Origin: Saccostrea echinata
Taxonomy: Eukaryota
NCBI RefSeq assembly: GCF_033153115.1
Contig: NW_026889755.1
Coordinates: 15,314,001 to 15,378,000, forward strand
Reading direction: 5' to 3'
DNA: 64,000 bases
Position 1 is the stretch's first letter, and every line of letters begins with the position of its first letter. Shown here in pieces: positions 47,181 to 61,227 of this stretch. Below the pieces are notes generated by a model that was not told where the DNA came from, ran no database searches, and saw only the letters and a list, made by a program, of their open reading frames with translations. The position numbers and the translations under genes are program-made.

Positions 47181-50100
47181 AGCAGACAATATATTTTCTT
47201 TACGCAATAAATTTAAAACGTAACTCGGCTCTCATGACGGTGTTCTTGTGTGTTCGTTCTCAATATACTTTCGATCGAATATACTTGAAGTGAAAGAACT
47301 TATCAAATAGTAACGATTTTATTTTCGTAAAGAAAGCTGGCTTTATTTGGGGAAGGCGTCAACGCGACAATTTTCAATAGTGTCAGGAATTCCCCGTTAT
47401 TATTGTAAACAAAGTAACTAGCGTTTAATTGTAATAAAAGCAATGCTTGAAAGCAAACTGGAGTGAGGACACTATTGAAAACAGGCTTTAACAAACTGAT
47501 CTTCATACCCACTAAATGTATACTTCATTTTCAATTATAAAATCACATACTTTGACACAATTTTTGCAATGGATTTCTCTTTTACTTCCTTTGTAAGCAT
47601 CGAGGTAATATATCTGTGTTGAGGACTATTGAGTTATGGTAAACATGACGCCATTAGTTTTCTGTCATTGTTATATAGCCATCTTTTCCCGAATGATGTT
47701 TGATAATACATCTCTTAAGTGTTTTATCTAACGTACTTGTGAATAGGTTTGAAAACTGTTATCAAGTTTTCAATAATGCTTGAAAATACATGTAGATGTA
47801 GGATTTCGTCGTTATCTTTTTATACATTGAAAGCGAACTGTTTCCTTAATTTTCTTTAAATGTTAATTTCAATTTTATAGAGCAAAAGATTAATAAGAGC
47901 CCGGGAAAACTGCCAGTGATTTAAAATACATGTGATAACCTAATTTGACGATTTTCTTCAACATTTAAAAAAATCAAATACACGATAAGTACACACTTTT
48001 TGGATTTCGTTAAACATCGGCAAAAGAAAAAGTTTAGTTTTGCGACATTCTTCGGCTTGAAAGAGGTTTCTAATTTTGCTTTAAGTTTATGACCTTTTTC
48101 TATAAATAATTATAACCTTGCAAATAAACATATAAGTTCTTTGATGGGATATTTTACATTTATTTTCTTTAGATGTTCGTGATTTACTAAAATACAGGTG
48201 TCCAATTTTTTTAAAAGGAACTTTAAAATCTACTTGACCTAGACTTCTTTAATTGTAATGTACAAACCAACAGCAGGTGCTAGTTTAACTTCAATGTTGA
48301 CCAATGTTTTAAAGAGGTCGTTAAAGTTTTTGTTGACCTTTTGAGAAAGGCAAACATTTAAAGAAGTTTCGTACGAAAAAAAGTATCTACTGATCAGAAA
48401 AAAAGCTTTCTTGTGGGTGATTTGGAACAAGCATAAAGTAATTTAATTTTTTTTAATCAAACAGTTTATCAAACAAACGTCTCATTGGTGTTCTTTGCAA
48501 CATGTTAACATGTGAACGTGGTTTCAAAGCACATGTACTTTCGTATGTTCAAACCTATGCATGTGGTTTCAAAGTGCCTTCGTGTTTACAAAGTACCAGC
48601 ATATGTATGGTTTCAGTGAACCTTCATACATATATATATACATACATGCATATATGGTTTCAAAGTACTAACATGTGTATGTTGTTTCAAAGTACCTTCG
48701 CTGTATAGTTAATTGCCATATGACTAAACTTCAACATTTAAGTCGAAAAAGGGGGAAAATCTACAGGTATAATATTTAAATATTAGCAGTTCCCTTTTTT
48801 ATTAACATACCGGTATGAAGTCGGAGAACTCCAGTTACGTTAATAACGTCTTGATATTATTAAGATATAAAATGGTGTTACGACTATTTTCTCAGTTTAA
48901 TTAATCTTCTTTATTCGGAAAATTCGCACAATTTTCGGCTAATCACAAAAAGAAATACTAACTTTTGCTTGGCTAAATTCCTGTTATCCATGCAAAGAAG
49001 TGGGGTCGGACGGAGGTGGAAATGCGCCCTAATGTGGTAACTTTTATACGTAAAGAGAGAGAGAGAGAGAGAATGTCGTGTACCTTACAACAATACTCGC
49101 CGTTACTGACCAGTTTAATCCAATATCAAAACACTCCAGTCCTAAATAGGCTAGATTTAACGAATTCTAAACTTTGCCTTCATATTTAAACCTGAAATGG
49201 AGCGAATTAATGGCGAGAATTAGAGGGAATTGCAAATCTTGTAAGTTATCTTGATGTCGTTAGAAACTTCTCTGTTTGTTGTTGACTATTTTTTTTAATA
49301 GATCAATTCTAAGTACTTTTTCCCTTGATAGTTCTACAAAGAGACCTTGTTTTCCTTATATTTGCGACTATCGCTTCTTCTGCTTTTTGTGTTAAATGGA
49401 AACGATATGAACCTGAGGAGATTGTGTTGGTATACTAACATGTTTTAGTGTGTGTTCAGGGATCTAAGGTCGATTTTTTCAAGAGATCAGTAAACATATG
49501 TTTTCCGTCAATTGTTTGTTTGATGTTTATGCCGAAATGTTAAGCAAAATATTTTTTTTAAATGAGTATATATAGTAACTTGATGATATTACAATGCATG
49601 TACTTAATTGTTTCTGGAACTTACAAACGGAATCAAATTACTCAGAATACGGCTATGGTGGAGAATGAAAAAGTTATTCCTATACATTTAGTCATGGCGT
49701 TAGTCAAACCACTGATACCGGAAGTCATTTGGACTCTTTGACGTAAAATGTTATCATCGTATAATTCTAAGTGCATTTTTGAAACCTTTTAAACTTTTAA
49801 TTTTATGCCAAATCTTGTCAAAATGCTTTTGTTCAAACGAGAAAATACCTGCGTCAAAAATGTCAAGTTATGTGCAGATCGGAAACTCTATGCACGTCCA
49901 AAAATTCTAACTAAATCATAAATCTTGTCTGCAGACAGTAGCGTATTAGCATGTCTTGATTTATTCATGTGTCGCATTGTGAAGTTCCCTTTTGTTCTTC
50001 TGTGTTTCGTTTTAATCCGATTGACAGTTTCTGCTCGAAACCTGACGGATGGAGAAGCTGTTCAGTGCATTTCAATAATTAAAAAAAAGAGTTCAATGTA

Positions 50101-52374
50101 CAGCTTCATGTTTTGTTATTCTGTGTAATTAAATGTTTATTCTTTCGATGCCACGTATGATAATCTTTTTATTACTTATCCTGTCGGAATCATCCCGGAC
50201 TATAGAGATCGGATACACATCTGTAATATGAAGTCTGCAAGGATTTACAATGTCTCGTATGTTTAGAAATTCGACACCGTTAAAACAAGACTTAAATCAC
50301 GGCATCAATTTTAATGAATAATGATTTTAACGAAACATTACATGCATTGTAAGTGGTTTATGGACTATTTACTGATAAGTTATAATCCGTGAGGGTCTGT
50401 TTATATCTCAAACAGAACAGTTTTTTAATTGATAAGCGGTCAATAATTGTGATTGCAAAATGCAAACAGTCTGAACACAGCAGTCATACGATAAGATTAT
50501 ACACATTTAGGGCTATTTGTATAAGTATTGTCAGTTTCAGAGTGCATTTGTTTGTCCTATGGGTTTTATTTTGAGAGATTGTACGGTTTACTAGACCTCT
50601 TGTCTAGACTTCCTAGCATCAGAGACAAAAAGCAAATGCACAACAAACCGAAAACATCATGACCAGTCATTGAAATAAGCAATTTAAAAGGCAGTTGTGT
50701 TCATTTGAAATGCAATCGCATTCATCTTTTTTGCCGGAATCTATAAGTTGCTGAAACGGAAGAGTCTCAATTGTAGTATTGAAACATCGATCTTTCTCGT
50801 CTGAACAAAAATTAATTTCATCTATCCCTCCCCTCCCCCTTCACGGACACCCTTCTTAAAAATGGATCAGCCAAAAACTTTGAAATATTTTAAACAATGG
50901 CGTGAATATGAAAGATTAAATTATGAAAGTTTTGTCAATGACAATATTTGATCCGTAACTAATTATAACAGTTTTGACATTAAGCAGGTCTGATGGGGTT
51001 ATTAATTTAATCCCAATCATTCGGACCTTTCCTAATCCCTGGAAATCTTTGATATCCCCATTCTTGGCAGGAGGCCGGCAATATCGCGCGAAGTTGCACT
51101 GAAACGAGACAAAACTGATATGTTAAACAATTAGCACTTTCTCCGATATAAAAGAATTCTCTATGAGATACCCAAAATCTTATAAAGTATCTAAGATACG
51201 TGGACTGGTATTGAAATAATCTTATGTAAGGCAATTGAAATCTAAAATGGGAAAGTAAGGTTGATAAAGGAATTCTTTTGAAAAGTAGATTTTTTTCCTT
51301 CAATTTTTTGCGACATTGAAATAATTCTTGTTATGACAGGTGCGCGCAGTAAACAATCAAATTATGTCGGATCATCCTCAGAAAAATGTGTATTCAGTTT
51401 GTTTACCTGAAAATCTACAAGGAAAATATTCAGCGTGTTATAACAATAGAAAATGATCCCCTTTCAAGCGGATTATAAACTGAGATTTTATAATCGTCTT
51501 TTCTTTTGTGTTTAAAGAGTTTTCATATATAACTTTCAATATATGCATTAAGAACACCTTCCACTATTAAGGTGGATTAATACCCCTCCAAGATTTTCAT
51601 TTTATTTTCAATTTTATTGCCCACTCAACATTTTAAGTAAAGATTAATTCAGTAACACCCCATTGACTACGAGCGCGCGTCAGGCCGATAACGGCGTTCT
51701 CCTCAACACCGAAAAACTACCAGGCGGAAATAAAGATGCACTTTATCACATGTTTCGATCATTAGAAACAAGAAGTCAGTCATTTCACACAAAGACATTT
51801 TATTCTTCAGGAATTTGAAGTGTCACTGAAGCAAAAAGCTGCAATGAAAGGAAAGTAATAGGGCTTTTGCGTGATAGTGGCATTTTTTTCTTCCATAAAT
51901 CTCCCCATTAGAAATTTAGTTTCCCCAAGAAATCACATGGAACAACGCGAAGAGGCTATGTTGAACATTAACACAGTTACACAATACTTATTCTGCACCG
52001 ATTCCTTTCTTCAACACTGTCTATTTAATCATTGATATTGATAGAAAAACGATTTTATAGGAAGAGATAGCATGCAAGATCTGGTGTGTAAAAGGCAATC
52101 GATTACATAATTACAGTTTTTTTTACATGATCAATTAAACATATTCGAATGTTGCCCTGTACAATGTTTTTATGTTTGAATACGTATACATTTTACATTT
52201 CAGTCTTTACAATTTTAGGAGTTGACCTGTAGGGCCTTAGACTTGAATATGTACAATTGCTAAATTTGGATCTGCACGATCTTTAATAAGAGTCATAATT
52301 GTTTAATATGGACCTGTGTAAATATGCACAATAAAATATAAACTTCCACCTACAATTGTCTATGTGCAATAATC

Positions 52375-52600
52375 GGCTCTGAACCTAATTTTGCCCTGTA
52401 ACATCTCTGGACCTGATTTTGGCCTCTAACATTTCTGATTTTTTTTTTTCTAGACCCAATGTTGGCCTGTAACATCTATTTTTTTGTCTAGATCTGATTT
52501 TGGCCTGTGGTATCTATTTATTTCTCTGTACCCGATTTTGACCTGTAACATCTATTTATTTCTCTGAATCTGATTTTGGCCTGAAACATCTCTGATTTTT
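52375..52600 (+). repeat. ~39-bp intronic tandem repeat
   Basis: ctgattttggcctgtaacatctatttatttctctg, about 6 degenerate copies, ending at a splice acceptor. Confidence 0.8.
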
Positions 52601-52617
52601 CTCTCCTTGTTTTACAG

Positions 52618-52667
52618 ATCACGTAGAGGAAGTTTATCAACGTCTGCCTCCAATTCTTCTAATGATG
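52618..52667 (+). CDS. 50-nt internal exon of the FAM124-like gene (SRRGSLSTSASNSSND-G)
   Basis: ttttacag| ... g|gtaagt; its phase-1 end matches the exon at 54329. Confidence 0.7.
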
Positions 52668-53146
52668 GTAAGTTCTGACATCATTTGTGTTTATATAAAT
52701 GATAACTGTTCCCTGTTGATTCTGAATATAATTTGGTACTTTACTATAGTTTACTTTATGAGTTAAGTTTTTTTAAGACTTTCGTTTAAATTAGATTGGT
52801 TAAAAAGAAGTGTTAGATATTAACGCCTACTGGTCATTTGATGTCAATGTGGGTTCTATCATTTAAAAAAAAAATAGTTAATTTTTCTACATATTTCTAG
52901 AATTTTGGCAAAATGGAGAGGGGAAGTAAGGAATTTTACTGTTCCAGTATGTCCCATCTTTCGACACCGGATATGCCTCATAATTATACCAAGTTGTTTT
53001 AACGAAATTCGAATTTTCAAGTTCATTGACGGATCACTGTGGATCCAGCAATTATCTTTTCTTTTTTATCGGTCACATAGTCAGTTCATCATGAGCGGAA
53101 GCCATTGACTAATCATCTTAATTATAGTCATGTATTCATGGTGTCT

Positions 53147-53193
<47 letters not shown>

Positions 53194-54328
53194 CCTTAAG
53201 CTGATGACTCAGCATATCTTAAATTTATTCAAAATATGCAGCAGGCAATTATAAAATGAATCTCATTATTTATAACAAAGTAATTATTGCTGTTAATTGA
53301 TACGTTCAAACAACAGCCTGAATGGAAATGTTCGAAATATTCATGAAATGACCATTAAAAAAATCACCCATAATTGTCTTCAAGAGAAAAATGTGCATCA
53401 TTAATATTAAAACATGTCGTAAAATCTTCTTACACGAAAATTCTGTAACAAAGCGTATTCAACTGTTATATCAATTTTCTTTTTACTGTGTTCTTTGTTT
53501 GAGGGGCATCGATGATCTCTTTATGAAATGTTTTACTCTGTTGAACTTCTACAAAAACTTCTTTCAATGCACTTCCATGGAAATTCGATACATTGGACTG
53601 CAATGAACGAGACCAAGGGAATCAATTATGGCAGTCTTTCTTTTGTATTTTTATTTAAAGATAACTTCAATTTTACGTTTCCAATATGAAGTCATTCAAA
53701 CCTCAAACATAACAATTGTATTTCTCTAAAAATCTCTGTGTTTAAAAAACATAATTTCCACTGCAATGAGTATTTTTTTTTATTAAAACCACTAGGGTTA
53801 GGCTCTTTGTTGGCTATAATGGGAATGCTAAAAAAAGAAAAAAAAAACATGTGTAGGGTCATCCTGTTTAAGATATCCAGAACACTTCTGTTAATAAAAC
53901 CATGCTGCGAGGTTGGGGTCTTAAATCTGGTGCATATATTTGAAAATTGAAGAGTTTTTTGGATTTTGCCAGTGTTGGTTTTCCACAGAAGAGGGTAGAC
54001 CCCTCACATCAAACAAGTAAGGTGAAACCTCGAACCATTACTTTGTAACTCCTGACACAACGCAAACAAAACTTCGATGGCAACGGATTTCGTGCTGAGG
54101 AATTACGGACACGATAGGAACATGTGTTTTAGGAATTTTGTTTATCTTTGTCTAGCGTCTAATTTGTAAAACTTGAGATTGAAAATGTGTATGTTGTTTC
54201 ATTTCATTGAAACTTAAGGTACCGAGTGGATATAATATACTTCTAGACCTAGTTTTTTCGATTACAAATGATATGATTTATAATGTTTTTCTCCTTTTTA
54301 TTTTATGTTTATTTTTTTTTCTCCACAG

Positions 54329-55323
54329 GAAGCAGTATTTCTTCCATCGGGTCAATGAGATCGGAAGGGGAAAACATAAGTTTGTCTGGAAATTCCGACA
54401 TTGATTCCATTATGCTGAGCGACCCCTATCGGCTAACTGTGCATTTTTTAGCGGATTCTCACGAAGTTTATCCTATGATGGACATGTATCAGCCCGTAAT
54501 TGACTGGGTGGATCCAGACCTTCATATTTTCAAGGTCTCGGAGCGGATCAATGTTTCTGAACATAGACAGAAAAACTTCCCTGATTCGGATGCCAGCCTC
54601 CCCAGTACCGCCGTTATGATATTCTTACAGGAGGAAGGCATGTTAGGATGTGAAAGAATTCAAACTGCCAAAATTCATTTTGAAAAATCTCCATGGAAAT
54701 TTCACCATTCGGAGCAAGTGTCCCGAGGCCGGGTTAATCCGTATCCATATAACAGTCAGGACTTCTTTTATACCTCAGAAGATCTTCCGCTTTGGGCTGT
54801 TCGGCAGGTGCATTATGGGAAAGAGCATATTCGAATAGTAATATTCGCTAGTGAAGAAAACTGGGACGACATGGTACATTTCTACAAACTTATCATAGGA
54901 GCGGATCCAGAATTGTTACGGGAAGACTTCTGTTTATTTACGGTGCATACTCATACACATTACGACGTTCAATTTGCATTAAAAAGACTCCAAAAGGAGA
55001 CAAAACCTCGACCTCTAGAATGTGTAAAATTACAATTTCGTGTAACGGACGTCGGCCATATTGTGCCACTTTTCCCAAATGTTTGTAAACCTTTATCAGA
55101 CACTCGATGGGAAACCATGGACCATGATGGAAACATCATTGTTTTAGAAGTAACAGGCTGCGTCTTGCCATCAGCAAACAAACCAATAGAGAACAATGTT
55201 ACCCGTAAGAGATCAGACCGGTCCGATACCTCCGATAGGTCACGTGGTTCCAGTCGGTCGTCTTCGGAAACCACATCGAGTCAGTCTGGGAAAACGATAG
55301 AAATGTCAGGGTTTTATGTTTGA
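54329..55323 (+). CDS. FAM124: FAM124-family protein, main and terminal coding exon
   Basis: Motifs DPYRLTVH, PWKFHHSE, NSQDFF, PLWAVRQVHYGKE, LQFRV, LFPNVCKPLSDTRWETMDHDGN match FAM124A/B as recalled; acceptor ctccacag. Confidence 0.9.
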
Positions 55324-56354
55324 AAGTTTGATTTGTTTGGGTTGATACCTCATTACATGTCTGTGATAGTGAATGAATGGTATTTCCGATCACGTAAATA
55401 AGAACTATAATTATGATGAGTATTCAGAAGTATTTTTTTGATAAATCTTGTGTGTGAATCTTTGTTGTTGAAAAAATGTTGTCAGAATTGATAGAAGTGC
55501 AATACATTCATTAGCAGCCAATTAGACAGGATTTGTGAAAAGCAGAGGAAATACCAACTCCTACCTTTCCCATTCAATCTTTTCAATGCATTGATACCTA
55601 AATATTTTTATTTGGTAAAACGAGATCTTCTCTTGTCAAAGGACCTTTAAATATCTTCGATGGTTAGAAGTTTCAAATTCTTGCTAGAATAAATTATATG
55701 CTAATCCAAGTTATCCAAAATGTCATTCGTATTTTCTCAAACTGCCAAATTAAATGTTATTCAATATGACAGTATCATTGTCAACCGACTGTAAGAATTT
55801 GAATTGTTGTAAATGTTGATTGTGTGTCCGAATTTCCTCGTTAGGAGTGAATGGAGATGATTCATGTATAAGTCGTATATTATTTATAATGATTGTAATA
55901 CGCCAATATACCTGTAAGAAAAGCCATTTGTTGCACGCTTCTTCTATATCGGTATACACAAAATTACTCCCAATCATTGTGTAAACACTAAATCTAAAAT
56001 TGAGCAGTTCATTAAATCCCACTTTATTACCCGTGACTGGCCCCACAAAAGATAATTATATCATCAGACACAAAATTATAGGTTATATTCCATTTAAGAT
56101 CCATGTGTATGTATTTGACAACCTAATACTAATTCGTATCTAGAGAGAAATTTTTATAAATCTGACCTGGCACAATGGCTTATTAATATACTTGCACGGA
56201 GTATTATGGCAATTCTGATGTGTTATGATTAATGTAATTACGATATATTTACCATTGTTTATTTGGTAATAAACTTTAAAGAAATATTTGTCTTTGTTAT
56301 GAAAAGCTAATTCAAGGAAATTATGTCCCTACTTAATCAAGAACAGAATAAGTG

Positions 56355-56700
56355 GATCAATTGATTGTATGTTGTTTAACGTCCTGTTCGAGAATTTTCA
56401 CTCATATAGAGACGTCACCCTATGCCGGTGAAGGGCTTCAAATTTAGACCTTTACTCAGCACTCAGGGCCATTGAGCAGTAAGGGTTGTTTATCGTGCCA
56501 ACGCCTAGTGTGACACGGCGCCTCGTCTTTTAAGGTCTCATCCGAAGGACCCGCAACTTTCACTTCAAAGTGCCAAGCGCTTGGTGAAGGAACAGTTGCT
56601 ACCTATTTTCTATCCACTTAGGTTAATCGCGGCCGTGATTCAAACACACAACCTTCCGATCACGGAGCGAGCGCTCTACCGGCTGAGCTACAGTGACGGC
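56355..56700 (-). mobile_element. tRNA-derived V-type SINE, second copy
   Basis: 11-bp TSD CAGAATAAGTG; tRNA-like head (tagctcagccggtagagcgc on the - strand); shared core with 20368-20663. Confidence 0.85.
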
Positions 56701-56749
56701 CAGAATAAGTGAATGGAAGACTTGAAGAATGCAGATGGAGAGAGAAAAG

Positions 56750-57778
56750 ATCGAAGAGTCATGATGTTAAGGATTTATAATATTGTTTTGGTAGAAATCA
56801 TGCAGCACATGTATTGACAAAAGAAAGAATAGCTTCATTCCATATGTGAATTGTGACCTTTATCTTTCCGTCTCAAAATCAAAAGAGATTTTTCTTAAGT
56901 TACAGAGAGTTATCATAATGAGTTTCATTGCAAAAGCTTAAAAAAAACTTAAGTAATCATCAAAAAACATTTTATGCAGTATATGAAATTATGACCGTGA
57001 CCTATGACGTTTTGGCCTCAAATTCAATATGGATCTTCTTGAAGTCATAGGAAAATATGATATAAATGTATATGTAAAAGCTATAATTGAAGAACTTTTG
57101 GAGATATCCAGACACTAAGCTTTTATAGAGTGAGTATGTCCAAATAAAAAAAAAATGTGACCATGACCTTTTAGCCTTTAAATTAATAGTTGTCATTTTT
57201 ATGTTAAAGAGGGTAATCATCTCAAATTTCATAGCAAAAGCTCCAGGAGAACAAAAGTTATCACCAAGAACCTTTTAATGCAGTATTTGAATTTCTGAAC
57301 TTAACCTCTGCCTTTTGACCTAGAAATTAATACAGGTCTTCTTTGAGTCACAGGAAGTTTAAAAAGTAAAAGAACTTGTCATCTGGAAGCCATCTGGAAA
57401 CCAAATTGTTATAGAGTGAATTGATCAAAACCATATGCATGTATGATTTTGAGACCTCGACCTTTCATCTTTTGACCTTCAAATCAATAGGGGTCTTTCT
57501 TAAGTAAGAGAGAGTCATCAGCTCAAGTTTCATTGCAAAGCCAGAACTAAAGTTATAACCAGGAAACCATTTCCTACAATTTTTGACCTTGGACTTTCAC
57601 CTTTTGATATCAAATTCAATAGAGGTATTTTATAAGTCTTAGTGGGTTATGATGTAAAAATTCATTGCAAAAGCTATAGGAATTCTAGAGATATCATTCG
57701 AAAAACGCAGTATTAGACAGACAGAATGACGGATAAACCCAAATTTTAAAATATCACCAGCGAAAGCGGGGGACAAAT
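56750..57778 (-). mobile_element. Degenerate HINE-like element with internal tandem repeats
   Basis: Recurring tgaccttt...aaatcaatag...agtttcattgcaaaagct units; gacagacag microsatellite; end gcgaaagcgggggacaaat. Confidence 0.55.
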
Positions 57779-60759
57779 ATCTTTCATTAAGTGCACGTTC
57801 CTGTGAAGTCGCACGTATGGTTCCTGCTTCTCTTTTTTTTTTTTTTTTTTTTACAATATTGGCAGATCAAATATGCTGCAGGTCAGATGTGGTTGGGAAA
57901 TGAATCATGTTTTGCAGTCGTCCTCAATTTCTTCAATATGATAGCTAATGCTTCTGAAACATGTGCATTTTACACTGAAAACAGACGTTTGGTAACTGAA
58001 AATTTGTACTCTGAAAACGTACTTTAATTTGAAATGGACAATTATTCACATAGAACACGGTTTTAGGCTCAATTTTCTCCCTGTAAATTTACGAAACGAC
58101 TAAGGGATTTTATGCACATTCAGTGAATGTTCAACACAGACTATTTTAATCAAACTTCCCGACCAGGTGAAATTCATTAAAATAGTTGGAGTGTTAAGGT
58201 ATTATGGAAGGTAGAAATGTGGAAAATTGTCCATAGAAGAAATAAAATGTAAACGTATATAGGTACACGTTGATGTGTTTTTGCATGCGATGTCCAACAT
58301 ATGAACAATTTCAAGTTCCCACTATTAACGACAAGAAAAATTTCCGAAACTTATGCTTTTGAATATATTTCGTTTACTTCACCGATCCAGCAAATTAATC
58401 TATAACACATTTTATTTCTTTGCACTCTTTTTCCAAAACACGTAAATGACTGTCAGAAATGTGAAAGAGAACAAAACAATATATTTATGCTAGGCAGTAG
58501 CAATGCAACTTGTACTGTATACAGTAATTTACCATTCCATTTTAATGATTTTCAATTCTAGTCAGTAAGTTTGATGGAAACAATGTATGGTGAGCTCCAC
58601 TGAATGTGTCTTATCAGAATGTTTTTGTTATTTACCATCTTGATATGTTATATGCATTTTAAAACATGTATATATTACAATATTTTAAAATGAAACTATT
58701 TGAAAATATATATGTACATTAAGTGAGTTTCGAGATTCAGTTGCAAACTCCGTGTTGCCAAGCATTTTAAGGGCAGTGGGCAGTAAGGGCAAGAATATGC
58801 ACGCTGTAATTATTATTTGATTTAATAATTATAATCTATAAGCTACTAAAATTGAACTCTGCCACCGTCTACCCAGTGTTACTTATTGAGAAGCGAAGCA
58901 TATTGCGATGAATAATGGTTTGCATCATATAAAATGTTTCTTCCCCGATGTTTTAAAATACTGAACATTATGTGGTTTTGGTACTTTAATAATTTTTCTG
59001 CCCTGTATACGCCTGTGCGTGTGCATTGCCATTCTCTTCTACTGCGAGCGATCGTCGCTCTCCTTTGAGGTCCTTTGCTGAAACAATTTAGGCAGGTATT
59101 TCATATTGAGCCATTTAAAGCCCAGCGTAAACGGTGCCTTTGAATGATAAACTGCAAGGTTAACCCGGGCCTGTAAATTATTATAGCTCGTAATTGATAG
59201 AGATGAATCATTTCATAATTCTTTGTCACCTTTTTAGTCACTTTCCCCCTTTTAGCTTTCACGTGCAGAGTAGCATTTACTAAAAGATCAAAAATGATCA
59301 GAGGCTATTTCCTCTTATTAGGCGTTTTTAATACACTTGTTAATGCACTCCTATCCTCGATTGAGATCTTTTCAAGAATTTTTTGATAGAAATATGAAAT
59401 GATGACTGTTTTGATTTTATCTTGTTCTTGGTGTCGTGTGCGCCAGCTGACAACTCGCTCGAGATTCACTTTTTGATGCATGAGATAAAAAAAGGTTATT
59501 ATAAGACCAGGTTTTCAAATTTTATCATTAAATGTCAAATAAAATTTAAAGATAAAATATTTCAAAAGTTTGTTACTCATTCGAAAAATTATTTTACATT
59601 ACAGCTGTTGATTAGTCCATGCATGACGATCAGTTGTGCCTCAAGGATAAGACAACGAAAGATAACTCCCTTTCCGATATTAAAAGGGAGTTATCCAATC
59701 TTCTAACCCGCCAGTCTAATGAACTTGTACGTACATTTAGCAGTGTAGTCTTTACAGTCGCACCAGTCAGAAATGAAGGCATGTGTGTTGAATTTTGATT
59801 GGCCAATGCATGTACTTTGTAGGCCTATAGCTCTCTTACTTTTCAATGAAATACGTTGAAATTTAAGACAAAGGACAGTATGTACTAGTATATAAAGTAC
59901 GGTACTATTAGAAAGTACGCGCAAAGCACGTATGCTGAAATCTGTTTGGGCAAAAATTGAAAATAGTTAATATATATTTCTTGGTTTTAAGGAAACAAGA
60001 CAAAATATGAGAATTATGTAAATAAATCAAGTCCCTAGGCTAAGTTATGAAATCTTCAGAAATGAATATATACAAAGAGACGCATGCACGTGTGCTAAAT
60101 TCTGATTGATTGATACTCAAATTGCTGAAACTTTCTACGTTTACAGTGATATTTTTTTTAATCTAAAATGCAGCTCTTTATCATGGCATACTATGAGATG
60201 AGGTATAAAATTTTCGAAATCACGTGCGTGTCTTATGCTCGTTTTGATATATGTGTGTTGTTATTTCCCAAAATATTCTGGAAAATAAGTTATAAAAGTG
60301 TATTTTTCCTATAATATAATGAGGCTTATAGGGAACGGTCACAAAAAAGGAAAAGGGGAGTGTTTGGGGAAATTCTGTAACGGCCTCCATTACAAGTAGA
60401 TTTATAGTTAGAAAGAACGAGGGCGCATTTGATTGGCATCAGAAAACTTGAAAAGTGAAAATTTCATCAACCTTCACGTGAAATTTTAACATTATTTTGA
60501 TGTATCGGGCTCCTGTGAAATAGGAAACGGAAATTTTTCCCCGATATTTTTTTTCGATTTGCTAAAACATATCTTAAAATATGGCTAGATGAGTCATTTG
60601 GTACAAAATGTTACATTTTTAAACACGTTTTTCTAAAAATTTGCATCCTCTAGATCATCTCTCTGATCTTAAAACGTTATTTGTATGCAATAATCAAAAA
60701 AACTTTGCAAAAGCAATTAGTAGAATGATCCATGATTTACTCTCTTTTTATTGCAATCA

Positions 60760-61221
60760 GACTAGAACTGTAAGAGGAGTAGCCTTTTGAAAAAAGAAGT
60801 TCAGAAAATTCTATTTTTAGTAACCATGGCAACGTCATTCATAAAAAAAAATGATTAAGACAATTATGTTTCTTAGTGAAGTCTATTGCCTGTCAAGTTA
60901 TATCAAAATCAGACCAAAACTCGGGGGGGGGGGTTAAAAGTATTTCACAGAAATTTCAATTTTAGTACATGTCACCATGGCATCACTTCACTAATATCAA
61001 AAAACGATATACAGAATTATATATCTCATTGTAATCTAGTTGTGTGTCGTTATATTGAAATCATTTAGTATCTTAGTGTATTCTACTTGCGTGCCAAGTT
61101 ATATTGAAATCAGACAAAAACTTTAGGAGAAGTAGCATCTTGAAAAATTGACAGACGGACGGACGACGGACACCTTACTATCGCATAAGCTCTTCTGGTC
61201 TCTGACCAGTACAGCTAAAAA
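60760..61221 (-). mobile_element. HINE-like remnant
   Basis: Recurring gccaagttatat..aaatcagac units, (gacg)n, terminal agctcttctggtctctgaccagtacagctaaaaa. Confidence 0.5.
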
Positions 61222-61227
61222 TGGAGA

